Positions 10,510 through 18,512 of a DNA stretch of 64,000 nt are shown here, one piece after another. The position numbers and the translations under genes were made by a program. Each line of letters starts with the position of its first letter. Positions within the stretch are counted from its first letter, which is position 1. The notes under the pieces are model-generated. The model saw only the letters and a list, made by a program, of their open reading frames with translations. It made no database searches and was not told where the DNA came from. This stretch comes from Kiritimatiellia bacterium (lineage in GTDB: Bacteria > Verrucomicrobiota > Kiritimatiellia > RFP12 > UBA1067), in NCBI GenBank assembly GCA_050949565.1, contig JBMNFY010000008.1, positions 32,001 to 96,000 on the forward strand. Direction: 5' to 3'.

Positions 10510-13254
10510 CTATTTGAAAACCAAAATCATCCCGGTGGGCTTGGCAAGATAGAGGGTCTTTGTGTCACCGTCCGACATCCACTTGACGCGGGTATCGGTG
10601 ATGGGTGCGTTGGAGACTGCCCAGTTAGCGCTGGATGTGCCGAACGAAGATGGGACCGTGAGGACAGGGACTTTATCGGCTTTGAGCACAGCCTCGGTAA
10701 TCTCCGATGCATCGATGGTGATTGTGCCGGATGCGGAGAATGTTCCAGATACCACTTGAGGTGTTCCTGTAGCCTTCACGGTCGCGCCGGCCGCAAGCGT
10801 AATATTCGTCATCGCGTTGCCGGTCGTGAGAGAGCCGTTCACCAAGAGTGTTCCGTAAGCCGTCCCGCTGAAATTGTTTCCGTTGGCAAGTTTTCCGCCG
10901 TTATAGAAGTTGCTCACGCAGAGGGTCATGGTGCCGTCGATTCGCAACTCTCCCGACGCACCGATGTTCAACGTGCAGTTCGCGCCTGTCGTATTCGCAC
11001 GGGCACACTGAAACGTGCCGCCATTCACGTTAATCGTGCCATCTCCTGTTATGGTCGTGTTGACAAGCCAGAAGCCTGCGGTTCCGTTGAGTGTGAGGGT
11101 ATTCGAGCCGAGCGCAATGCCCGTCTGGTTCCAGCTAGGCGCCATGAGGCCGAAATTTCTCCCGGCAGTCACCGTCGCATCTCCTTCAAGACTTAGATTT
11201 ATGGTCTGATACGTGGTATTGCCGATTGCGGAACCGGTATTGACGAAGAACGCGCCATCTTCCAGCACCACCGATATGGTAAGGTTTTGAACGCCGTTCG
11301 CATCGAACGTCGCGCCGCTCGCCACACGGACGGTGTGGGTGGGATTGGAGGTTCCCGTCCCGCTCTTGCTCGCGACCTTGAGCGTTCCGTTGCTGACGAT
11401 TGTGGTGCCGGTCGAATCGTTGCTGAACGGCCAGCTTACCGTGCCGTCGCCCGTCTTGACGAGAGTGCCGTTGTTCACGATATTGCCGATGCCGCTGATG
11501 TCATCGGCCGTCACTGTCTTGCCAGAGGAGATGACCAAAGTCGAGCCGGTCGCGTCAACGAACTCGATGCACCCAACCGCCACATTCTCATTGACAGTCA
11601 GCGTGTAGTTGCCCGTCGCTGTAATGCGCACGATGTCATCTGAAGCAGGCATGACGCCGCCACTGAGGGTCGTCCAATCCTTGCTAGTGTCGAGCGTCCA
11701 CTTATGAACGGTCTGCGCTGTCACACGCACGTCACAGACACCGTAGCCAGCGGCAGTGTAGCTGTCCGCAATCGCGTTGCCGCTTCCCCACTCCTGCCCA
11801 GTATACAGATTCACGCCCGGATTGCCCCATTTCTGGTTCGGAGCAAAGATGGTCGAGGCATAAATCCCGTCGGCACCGTTCTCGAACGACACGACGGCGC
11901 ATTTGAGCCAGTCTCCGTCGCGCTCCTGATACTCGACGATAATGTTCGTCACGCTTCCGACGTCGTCCTCGTACACCTTCGTATTGTAAGCTGCTGTGGT
12001 CGGTTCAACCGAATCACAGTATTTCGTGCCCACATAGCCACCGGTCAGGCGCCCAGTGAACACGCCTCCCTTGATGTCATCGAGCGTGAGCGTTTTCGAC
12101 GGGTCGGAGAACACCTTGGTCTTGGCAGGATATTTCGCGATGCACTGCGGGATGGCGTATAGTTCCGAAACAGAATAGTTGCCTTCGCCGCCGGCAGAGC
12201 AGTTGCCGCCTGAGCCGTTCGACTTGGTTACAGTCCCGCTCGCGTCGATGGCAAACTTCTGCGCGTTGGCCGTGCCGTTGTAGGAGTAGCACGGCTGCGA
12301 GGCCCAGACGCCGCCCACGCCGTCCACAAGCTGTATGATCGCAGTCTTCTTCATCTCGGACGACTCGAACTGCATCACGATCTTTTCGAGTTTGTCGTTG
12401 GCTGCGTTCGTCCAGCACGTCTTGAAAGCCGCCCAATTATTCGTCACAGGCTTGTCGAGAGCATCGGCCATGCGGAAGCCTGCGACGAAGGCGCAGTCCT
12501 TGAGGTCTTCAAGTGTCACGCCAGGAAAAGCGAGGCTCGAATCCGGCACTGCTTTGACGCCATGGATTCTCAAGCCCCATGCCTTGTAGCCACCGCTCGT
12601 GCCGCTGCCGGTCGGAGCGGTCTGGGCCTTGGCGAACGATGCATTGCTGCCGTCCAGCCCGTACATGCGCCTGTTGTAGTATAACGCGTTGCCGCTGTGG
12701 TAGCACCAGCCAAACTTCTGCACATAGACGCCGCCATCGCCGTTGGTAAGGACGAAGACGACCGCCTTAGCCTGCCCCTCGTCGCTCGTGCCGAACTGGT
12801 ATGCAAGCACATCGACGCTGTTGTTCGTCTTGTGGCGTTGTGGATGGAGTCCCCACGCCGTCGCACGGGCTGTGATGGTATTGTCGCCATCGCCGCCGTC
12901 GAGTTCGGTGATGAGCGTATAACGGTTGATCTCGTCAAGCGTCTTACCGGGAAACGCGAGCTGCGGCTCGTAACCGATTTCTATGTCGGACGCGATGCCC
13001 TCTATCTTGATGGCGGTACAGTCCTGCTTTTCCTTTACCTGATAGTACGTCGTTGTCGACGCTCTTGCGGTGAGAGTCGCTGCAGTGGAAACGGCGGCGA
13101 CAAGCAAAATGCAACGAAATATTTTTGTCAGTGTTGTTTTGTAGAGTAGAGACCCACGCCTCGACGTTGCCGTCGATGCGGCTTCCCCCTCGTCAAACCG
13201 TACGTGCGGATTTCCCGCATACGGCTTTCCATTGAGTGCTTCTCTTTTTGTCAC
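10510..13254 (-). CDS. Large secreted surface protein with autotransporter-associated beta-strand repeat; N-terminal 38 codons are intron-derived
   Basis: Signal peptide KTTLTKIFRCILLVAAVSTAATLTARA; ~3 internal repeats (FPGxTLxD..IVxxxxGxxGxY); GTLVKTGDGT..TGTTIVSNGTL; C-terminal GMILVFK. Confidence 0.8.
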   Translation of the reverse strand: MTKREALNGKPYAGNPHVRFDEGEAASTATSRRGSLLYKTTLTKIFRCILLVAAVSTAATLTARASTTTYYQVKEKQDCTAIKIEGIASDIEIGYEPQLAFPGKTLDEINRYTLITELDGGDGDNTITARATAWGLHPQRHKTNNSVDVLAYQFGTSDEGQAKAVVFVLTNGDGGVYVQKFGWCYHSGNALYYNRRMYGLDGSNASFAKAQTAPTGSGTSGGYKAWGLRIHGVKAVPDSSLAFPGVTLEDLKDCAFVAGFRMADALDKPVTNNWAAFKTCWTNAANDKLEKIVMQFESSEMKKTAIIQLVDGVGGVWASQPCYSYNGTANAQKFAIDASGTVTKSNGSGGNCSAGGEGNYSVSELYAIPQCIAKYPAKTKVFSDPSKTLTLDDIKGGVFTGRLTGGYVGTKYCDSVEPTTAAYNTKVYEDDVGSVTNIIVEYQERDGDWLKCAVVSFENGADGIYASTIFAPNQKWGNPGVNLYTGQEWGSGNAIADSYTAAGYGVCDVRVTAQTVHKWTLDTSKDWTTLSGGVMPASDDIVRITATGNYTLTVNENVAVGCIEFVDATGSTLVISSGKTVTADDISGIGNIVNNGTLVKTGDGTVSWPFSNDSTGTTIVSNGTLKVASKSGTGTSNPTHTVRVASGATFDANGVQNLTISVVLEDGAFFVNTGSAIGNTTYQTINLSLEGDATVTAGRNFGLMAPSWNQTGIALGSNTLTLNGTAGFWLVNTTITGDGTINVNGGTFQCARANTTGANCTLNIGASGELRIDGTMTLCVSNFYNGGKLANGNNFSGTAYGTLLVNGSLTTGNAMTNITLAAGATVKATGTPQVVSGTFSASGTITIDASEITEAVLKADKVPVLTVPSSFGTSSANWAVSNAPITDTRVKWMSDGDTKTLYLAKPTGMILVFK
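13141..13228 (-). ncRNA. Group II intron domains V and VI with 3' splice site
   Basis: Minus strand AAAGCCGTATGCGGGAAATCCGCACGTACGGTTT (DV, AGC triad); DVI hairpin TCGACG-GCAA-CGTCGA; ends CTCTACTCTAC (AY) at 13141. Confidence 0.92.
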
Positions 13255-13315
13255 GGCTTTCGTCCTTTCTTCGCTTTAAATGGCTGTGAATTATATTTGT
13301 TTTTTTTTCTGTCAA
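13255..13315 (-). promoter_or_regulatory. Promoter-like boxes and RBS inside the intron tail
   Basis: TTGACA (13315-13310), 14-bp spacer with A9 run, TATAAT (13295-13290); AGAAAGGA 8 nt before GTG at 13254. Confidence 0.5.
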
Positions 13316-14012
13316 ATCCGCGTTCTCGCAGTTACGAGGCGATACAGCCCATAGTGCGCCATCTCGCCATAGTACGAGTCCGCGAACTTCAGTCGGCAGC
13401 GCCGCTGGCTCTTCCTGTTGAGGAATCGCGCCATGCGCTTCAGCACATGGTGGTTCACCTTGCGGAAGGCCCTTGACGGATATCCGACGGAGTAGAACGC
13501 GCCCCATCCCTTCAGCAGTCTGTTCACCCTCTCGACGACGGTTTCGACAGGCAACAACACATTGCGCGAATGCGTCAGTTCGTGGACTTCGCGGCACACC
13601 CTCTTGACCGACTTCGGGGACGGGCCGAAGTGCAGGTACCTCCCGCCCGTCCCGAAGAGCCTGTCCCTCGCCTTCCTGAACTCGTAGCCGAGGAACACGA
13701 GCGACGAGCGTTCCGCGTCGAGGTCGAGGACTTTCGTCTTCTCCCTGTTCACGGTCAGCCCCATCCGCTCTTCGAGTATGCCTTCCACCTTCCGCAGGAA
13801 CCCGTCCCTCCACCTCTTCGCGAGCAGGACGAAATCGTCCGCGTACCGGACTATCGTCATCGTCTGCCCCATCGCTTTCGCCGTGAGGCTGGCTATCGTC
13901 TCGAACCAGTGGAGGTAGATGTTCGACAGAAGCGGGGATATGACGCCGCCCTGCGGCGTCCCCCTCCCCTTGGGTTTCACCATTACGCCGTTGGGTTCTC
14001 TTGCGCACGCTT
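13312..14012 (-). pseudogene. Group II intron reverse transcriptase/maturase, C-terminal half only
   Basis: GTPQGGVISPLLSNIYL, RYADDFV, GLTVNREKT, FLGYEF, maturase X (LLKGWGAFY); 5' part missing at the junction with the IS fragment. Confidence 0.92.
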
Positions 14013-14770
14013 TCAGCTCCCGCGCGAAGAAGCGCGGCATCTACGTCATCGACCGCGGAGGCGACGGAGACTGGCTGTTCGACGGCCTGGACCGGCGCAA
14101 ACTGGACTACATCGTGCGCCTCGTGGGCAACCGCAACCTGCTCCACGGCCGGCGGACCGCGCTGGCCGAAGAACTGGCGGCATCCTGCCCCATGAAGCAC
14201 ATCGAGATCGTCACGAGGGAGACGGGGGACGGGGTGAAAAGCTATAAGCTGGAGTTCGGCGCCATGACCGTCGCCCTGCCGCAGAGGCCCGACAAGCCCC
14301 TGCGCATGGTCGTGGTGAAGGGGTTCGGCGAGCGGCCGATGCTCCTGCTGACCACGCTGGCCGGGACGACGTCGCGCAAGTCCCTGTGGCAGGTCGTCGA
14401 GGGCTATCTGACGCGGTGGCGCGTCGAGGACGCGATCCGCTTCGTCAAGCAGAGCTACAACCTCGAGGACATCCGGGTCCTGACGTACCGGCGCCTGAAA
14501 AACATGGTCGCTCTGCTGCTGGCCGTCATCTACTTCAACTGCGTCTGGCTGGCCGGACGGCTGCGCTGCGAGATCCTGACGACCAACATCACCCACGCCG
14601 CCAAGCGCATCTACGGCGTGGCCGAGTTCCTCCACTACGCCGTCGCCGACGGCCTCGGGAGGCTCTTCACGCGCCACGGGAAATGGTACGGCTACAAGCC
14701 GCCAGACCCCGAATCAAACCCGCTCGGACTGGTCTTTCTGGAATGACCAGATTTTTTGGGGAAACTCCTT
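14013..14770 (+). mobile_element. 5'-truncated second copy of the same IS4-family element
   Basis: Near-identical to 7102-7859 in inverted orientation (one V/I difference seen in the translation); ends in IR ..GGGGAAACTCCTT at 14770. Confidence 0.92.
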
Positions 14771-14785
14771 TTATTCTTTCCCCCC

Positions 14786-14814
14786 TTGACCTCTCCGAAC
14801 GCATGTCGCATACT
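14786..14814 (+). promoter_or_regulatory. Sigma70-like promoter for the dapA operon
   Basis: TTGACC-17 bp-CATACT, 30 bp before the dapA ATG. Confidence 0.5.
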
Positions 14815-14843
14815 TGTGGCACATCATTTTTTTGAAGGACGTT

Positions 14844-15713
14844 ATGACGCTAACAGGCACATTCACTGCATTAGTGACCCCATTCAACACCGACGGCAGC
14901 GTCGACTACCCCGCGCTGCGCGATCTGGTGAACTGGCAAATCGAAAACGGCGTGACCGGCCTTGTACCGGTCGGCACCACTGGCGAAGCGCCGACACTTG
15001 ACTTCGCCGAACACGCCCAGGTCATCGAAGCTGTCGCCGAGGCTGCGGCCGGCAAATCTGTAATCATCGCCGGCACCGGCGCCAACTCAACCGCCGAGGC
15101 GATCGATCTGACGCGCGACGTGCTGAACGCTGGCGTCGACGCCACGCTACAGGTCACGCCCTACTACAACAAGCCAAACGCTGAAGGGCTCTACCGTCAC
15201 TTTATGTCGGTCGCCGAGTTGGGCCTGCCGGTCGTGCTCTACAACGTGCCGGGACGTACCAGCAAGGAGATCCCGCTGGATGTGGTGGTACGGCTGGCGG
15301 CACATCCCAACATTGTAGCGATCAAGGAGGCGGCCGGCAGCGTGGAGCGCGTCAGCGCCATCCGCAACGCCTGCGATCTGCCGGTGCTGTCCGGCGATGA
15401 CGGTCTGGCGCTCCCCATGATCAGCGTCGGTGCCTGCGGCGTGATCAGCGTGGCGTCGAACGTGATCCCCAAGGAGATGTCGGAGTTGATCCGTCTCGCG
15501 CTCGCGGATGATCTGGTCGGCGCGCGTGAGTTGCACCGTACTTACTACCCCCTGTTCCGCGATCTCTTTATCGATACCAATCCGATTCCGGTGAAAACGG
15601 CACTGACGCTGATGGGGCGGGTCGGCCCGACGTTCCGGCTGCCGCTCTGCGAGCCCTCGGCCGCTGTCCGCGATCAACTGAGCCGCACACTGCGCAGCTT
15701 GAGTCTTCTTTAA
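14844..15713 (+). CDS. dapA: 4-hydroxy-tetrahydrodipicolinate synthase
   Basis: TALVTPF, GTTGE, LYNVPGRT, IKEA, SGDD, TNPIPVK. Confidence 0.95.
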   Translation: MTLTGTFTALVTPFNTDGSVDYPALRDLVNWQIENGVTGLVPVGTTGEAPTLDFAEHAQVIEAVAEAAAGKSVIIAGTGANSTAEAIDLTRDVLNAGVDATLQVTPYYNKPNAEGLYRHFMSVAELGLPVVLYNVPGRTSKEIPLDVVVRLAAHPNIVAIKEAAGSVERVSAIRNACDLPVLSGDDGLALPMISVGACGVISVASNVIPKEMSELIRLALADDLVGARELHRTYYPLFRDLFIDTNPIPVKTALTLMGRVGPTFRLPLCEPSAAVRDQLSRTLRSLSLL

Positions 15714-15722
15714 TCCCCAAAC

Positions 15723-16553
15723 ATGGAAATGATCTTGATGAAAATTGCGATTCTGGGTGCGGCAGGCCGCATGGGTGAAAACCTGCTACGCTGCGCGGGC
15801 AAGTTCGAACAGTGCGAGATCGTCGCGGCCACCGAGCGCCCGGGCCATCCGGCGATCGGTTCGCGCGTGAAGGCGGTCTGCGGTGCGCTGATGAACGTTG
15901 AGGCCGTCCCCGACGACCTTTGCTATACCGACCAGTGGCCGGGACAGGCGGAAGCCGTCATCGACTTCACCTTCCACACCACGGTCACCGACCATCTTGC
16001 AAACGCTGTGAAAAACGGCCAAGCCTATGTGCTGGGCACCACCGGGTTGACCGATGCCGAGAAGCAGAGCGTCCACGAGGCCGCCGCCAAAATCCCGATC
16101 GTCTGGGCGCCCAACATGAGTCTGGGCGTGAACTTGCTGTTCGAACTCGTACGCCGCTCGGCCGCAGTTCTCGGCCCTGACTACGATGCCGAGATTGTCG
16201 AGATGCACCACCGTCTCAAGAAGGACGCGCCGAGCGGCACCGCGCTCGGACTTGCCGAAGCGCTGGCCGCAGGCCGCGGCGTCGATCTCAAAGAGGTCGC
16301 GTGCTACGGACGCGAAGGCATGCCCGGCGAACGGCCGCGCGGCGAGATCGGCATCCACGCCCTGCGTGGCGGCGCGGTCGTCGGCGATCACACCGTCATG
16401 TTCGTGGCCGACGAGGAGCGGATCGAACTGACGCACCGCGCCAACAGCCGCGAGGCGTTCGCGACCGGCGCGCTACGCGCCGCCCTTTGGCTCCAAGGCC
16501 GCGCACCCGGCATCTACACGATGCGGCATGTGCTCGGCTTTGAATCCGTGTGA
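15723..16553 (+). CDS. dapB: 4-hydroxy-tetrahydrodipicolinate reductase
   Basis: GAAGRMG, IDFT, GTTG, PNMSLGVN, EMHHRLKKDAPSGTA. Confidence 0.95.
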   Translation: MEMILMKIAILGAAGRMGENLLRCAGKFEQCEIVAATERPGHPAIGSRVKAVCGALMNVEAVPDDLCYTDQWPGQAEAVIDFTFHTTVTDHLANAVKNGQAYVLGTTGLTDAEKQSVHEAAAKIPIVWAPNMSLGVNLLFELVRRSAAVLGPDYDAEIVEMHHRLKKDAPSGTALGLAEALAAGRGVDLKEVACYGREGMPGERPRGEIGIHALRGGAVVGDHTVMFVADEERIELTHRANSREAFATGALRAALWLQGRAPGIYTMRHVLGFESV

Positions 16554-16559
16554 GGAAAC

Positions 16560-17201
16560 GTGTGCCATCATCCACAGCTTCGCGAGTCGATCCTCTCGCT
16601 CGGCAGTAACGAGGGAGACCGCCTGCTGTGGCTGAGCCGCGCCCGCGCGGCACTCGCCGCCGAAGACGCGCTCACGGTGCGGGCGTGTTCGCCGGTCTAC
16701 GAGACCGACCCCGTCGACGTTCCCGACGCATTTGCACAGCAGCGTTATCTCAACCAGATCGTCATTGTTGAAACCGCACTTGAGCCGCAGGATTTTTCGC
16801 GCCGCATGCACGCTATCGAACAGCGACTGGGGCGGACGCGCGGCGCTGTACGCAACCTGCCGCGAACCATTGACATCGACATCATCACACTTGGGGATAT
16901 CCGCTCAGCAGATCCCGAACTGACGCTGCCCCACCCCCGCGCCGGAACGCGCCGGTTCGTGTTGCAGCCGCTCGCCGACTTGCGCCCGGACGCCTGCCTG
17001 CCGGGCGACACGCGCACAGTCAGCGAACGATTGCGCGACCTGCCCGACGTTCCCCGCGTCACACTTTTCGCGCCGCCCAGCGGCGATGCAAGCGTTCGTG
17101 GCATGGGCGTCCCGCCCATGAAACACGGGCAAGATGCCCGTGCCACACCTGCAAGCAAGAGATTTTGCAAGAACCTCTGTAGAAAAGGAGAATCACCATG
17201 A
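16560..17201 (+). CDS. folK: 2-amino-4-hydroxy-6-hydroxymethyldihydropteridine diphosphokinase, C-terminus extended by REP
   Basis: LSLGSNEGDR, SPVYETDP, PRTIDIDI, LTLPHP, RRFVLQPL. Confidence 0.92.
   Translation: MCHHPQLRESILSLGSNEGDRLLWLSRARAALAAEDALTVRACSPVYETDPVDVPDAFAQQRYLNQIVIVETALEPQDFSRRMHAIEQRLGRTRGAVRNLPRTIDIDIITLGDIRSADPELTLPHPRAGTRRFVLQPLADLRPDACLPGDTRTVSERLRDLPDVPRVTLFAPPSGDASVRGMGVPPMKHGQDARATPASKRFCKNLCRKGESP
17098..17177. repeat. REP doublet plus one MITE end
   Basis: GTGGCATGGGCGTCCCGCCCATGAAACACGGGCAAGATGCCCGTGCCAC followed by ..TTTTGCAAGAACCTC. Confidence 0.85.
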
Positions 17202-18463
17202 AACAGCTCGCCCCCTACTCAATGGGTATCGGCGACCGGTTCGGTCAGCAAGGTACAGCCCAACTCGAAGCCTTTCACCTGCTGGCCGAGCACGAAGGCG
17301 TGACCGTCGTGCCGGTCTGGAACAAATCAAACCGGGAACACACCCTGATCGGCACGAAGCCGCAGGACGTGCGCGACGAAGCCGACGCGGCGGTACGCGA
17401 AGCCGCTTGGAAGGCCCCCTACTTCGTGGACGCCGACCACATCACCCTGAAGAATGTCGATCCGTTTATCGAGGCCTCGGACTTCTTCACGCTGGACGTC
17501 GCGGACTACATCGGCGAAACTCTGGGCGAGAGCGAGATTTACGCGTTCATTGGACGGCACGAGACGCTCGTCGGCACCCACGCGATCGAAGGGCTTGAAG
17601 AGCCGCTGACCTTGACACGCCACCATTTGGCCGAATGCCTGCGCAGCACGCTCTTCGCGGTACGCCAGGCCGGACGACTCTACCGACACATCGCGGAGAT
17701 CAAGGGAGCAGACAACTTTGTGACCGAGATTTCGATGGATGAGGCCGAGTTGCCGCAGACCCCCGAGATGCTCTTTGTGATTCTCGCCGCCGTGGCGGCC
17801 GAAGGCATACCGGCGCAGACGATCGCGCCCAAGTTCTCCGGACGCTTCAATAAAGGTGTCGACTACGTGGGCGACCCGCAGGAGTTCGCGGCTGAATTTG
17901 ACGCCAATGTTTGCGTGGTGCGCGAGGCGGCACGACGCTTCGGGCTGCCCGCCTCGCTCAAGCTCAGCGTGCATTCCGGCAGCGATAAGTTTTCGCTCTA
18001 CCCCGCCATCGCGGAATCCTTGGCCAGGCACCGCGCGGGCGTGCATATCAAAACCGCCGGCACCACCTGGCTGGAAGAACTGACCGGACTGGCCAAGTCC
18101 GGCGGCGAGGGACTCGCTATCGCCAAAGAGATCTACCGGCTGGCGTTGCCGCGTTTCGACGAACTGTGCGCCCCGTATGCGGCCGTGATCGACGTGCAGC
18201 GCTCGCGCCTACCGCGACTCGATGAGGTTGAAGGCTGGAATGCGGGCCGCTTCGCCGCGACGCTCAAGCACGCTCCCGCCGACACCCAGTTCAACTCCGA
18301 CTTCAGGCAGTTCATGCACGTCTCCTTCAAGATCGCCGCTGAACTCGGCCCGCGCTATCTGGACGCGCTGCGCGCCTGTCAGCCGGTGGTTGCCAAACAC
18401 GTCACCGAAAACCTTTACGTGCGCCACCTCCAGCCGATATTCGGTGCATTGCGCCCGTCGTAA
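17198..18463 (+). CDS. uxaE: Tagaturonate/fructuronate epimerase
   Basis: SMGIGDRFG, VDADHI, EISMDE, KLSVHSGSDKFS, HIKTAGTTWLEE. Confidence 0.88.
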   Translation: MKQLAPYSMGIGDRFGQQGTAQLEAFHLLAEHEGVTVVPVWNKSNREHTLIGTKPQDVRDEADAAVREAAWKAPYFVDADHITLKNVDPFIEASDFFTLDVADYIGETLGESEIYAFIGRHETLVGTHAIEGLEEPLTLTRHHLAECLRSTLFAVRQAGRLYRHIAEIKGADNFVTEISMDEAELPQTPEMLFVILAAVAAEGIPAQTIAPKFSGRFNKGVDYVGDPQEFAAEFDANVCVVREAARRFGLPASLKLSVHSGSDKFSLYPAIAESLARHRAGVHIKTAGTTWLEELTGLAKSGGEGLAIAKEIYRLALPRFDELCAPYAAVIDVQRSRLPRLDEVEGWNAGRFAATLKHAPADTQFNSDFRQFMHVSFKIAAELGPRYLDALRACQPVVAKHVTENLYVRHLQPIFGALRPS

Positions 18464-18512
18464 TAGCATGCGCGCATAACCCCCCAACCGAAAACGAAAG
18501 GAGCGCGGACCG

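Noticed and set aside
13312-14012. DGR or retron RT (given an Avd-like gene and a variable LRR in the window)
   Set aside because: GTPQGG/YADD/X domain plus DV-DVI indicate a group II intron; no adenine-specific TR/VR pair or retron VTG motif seen
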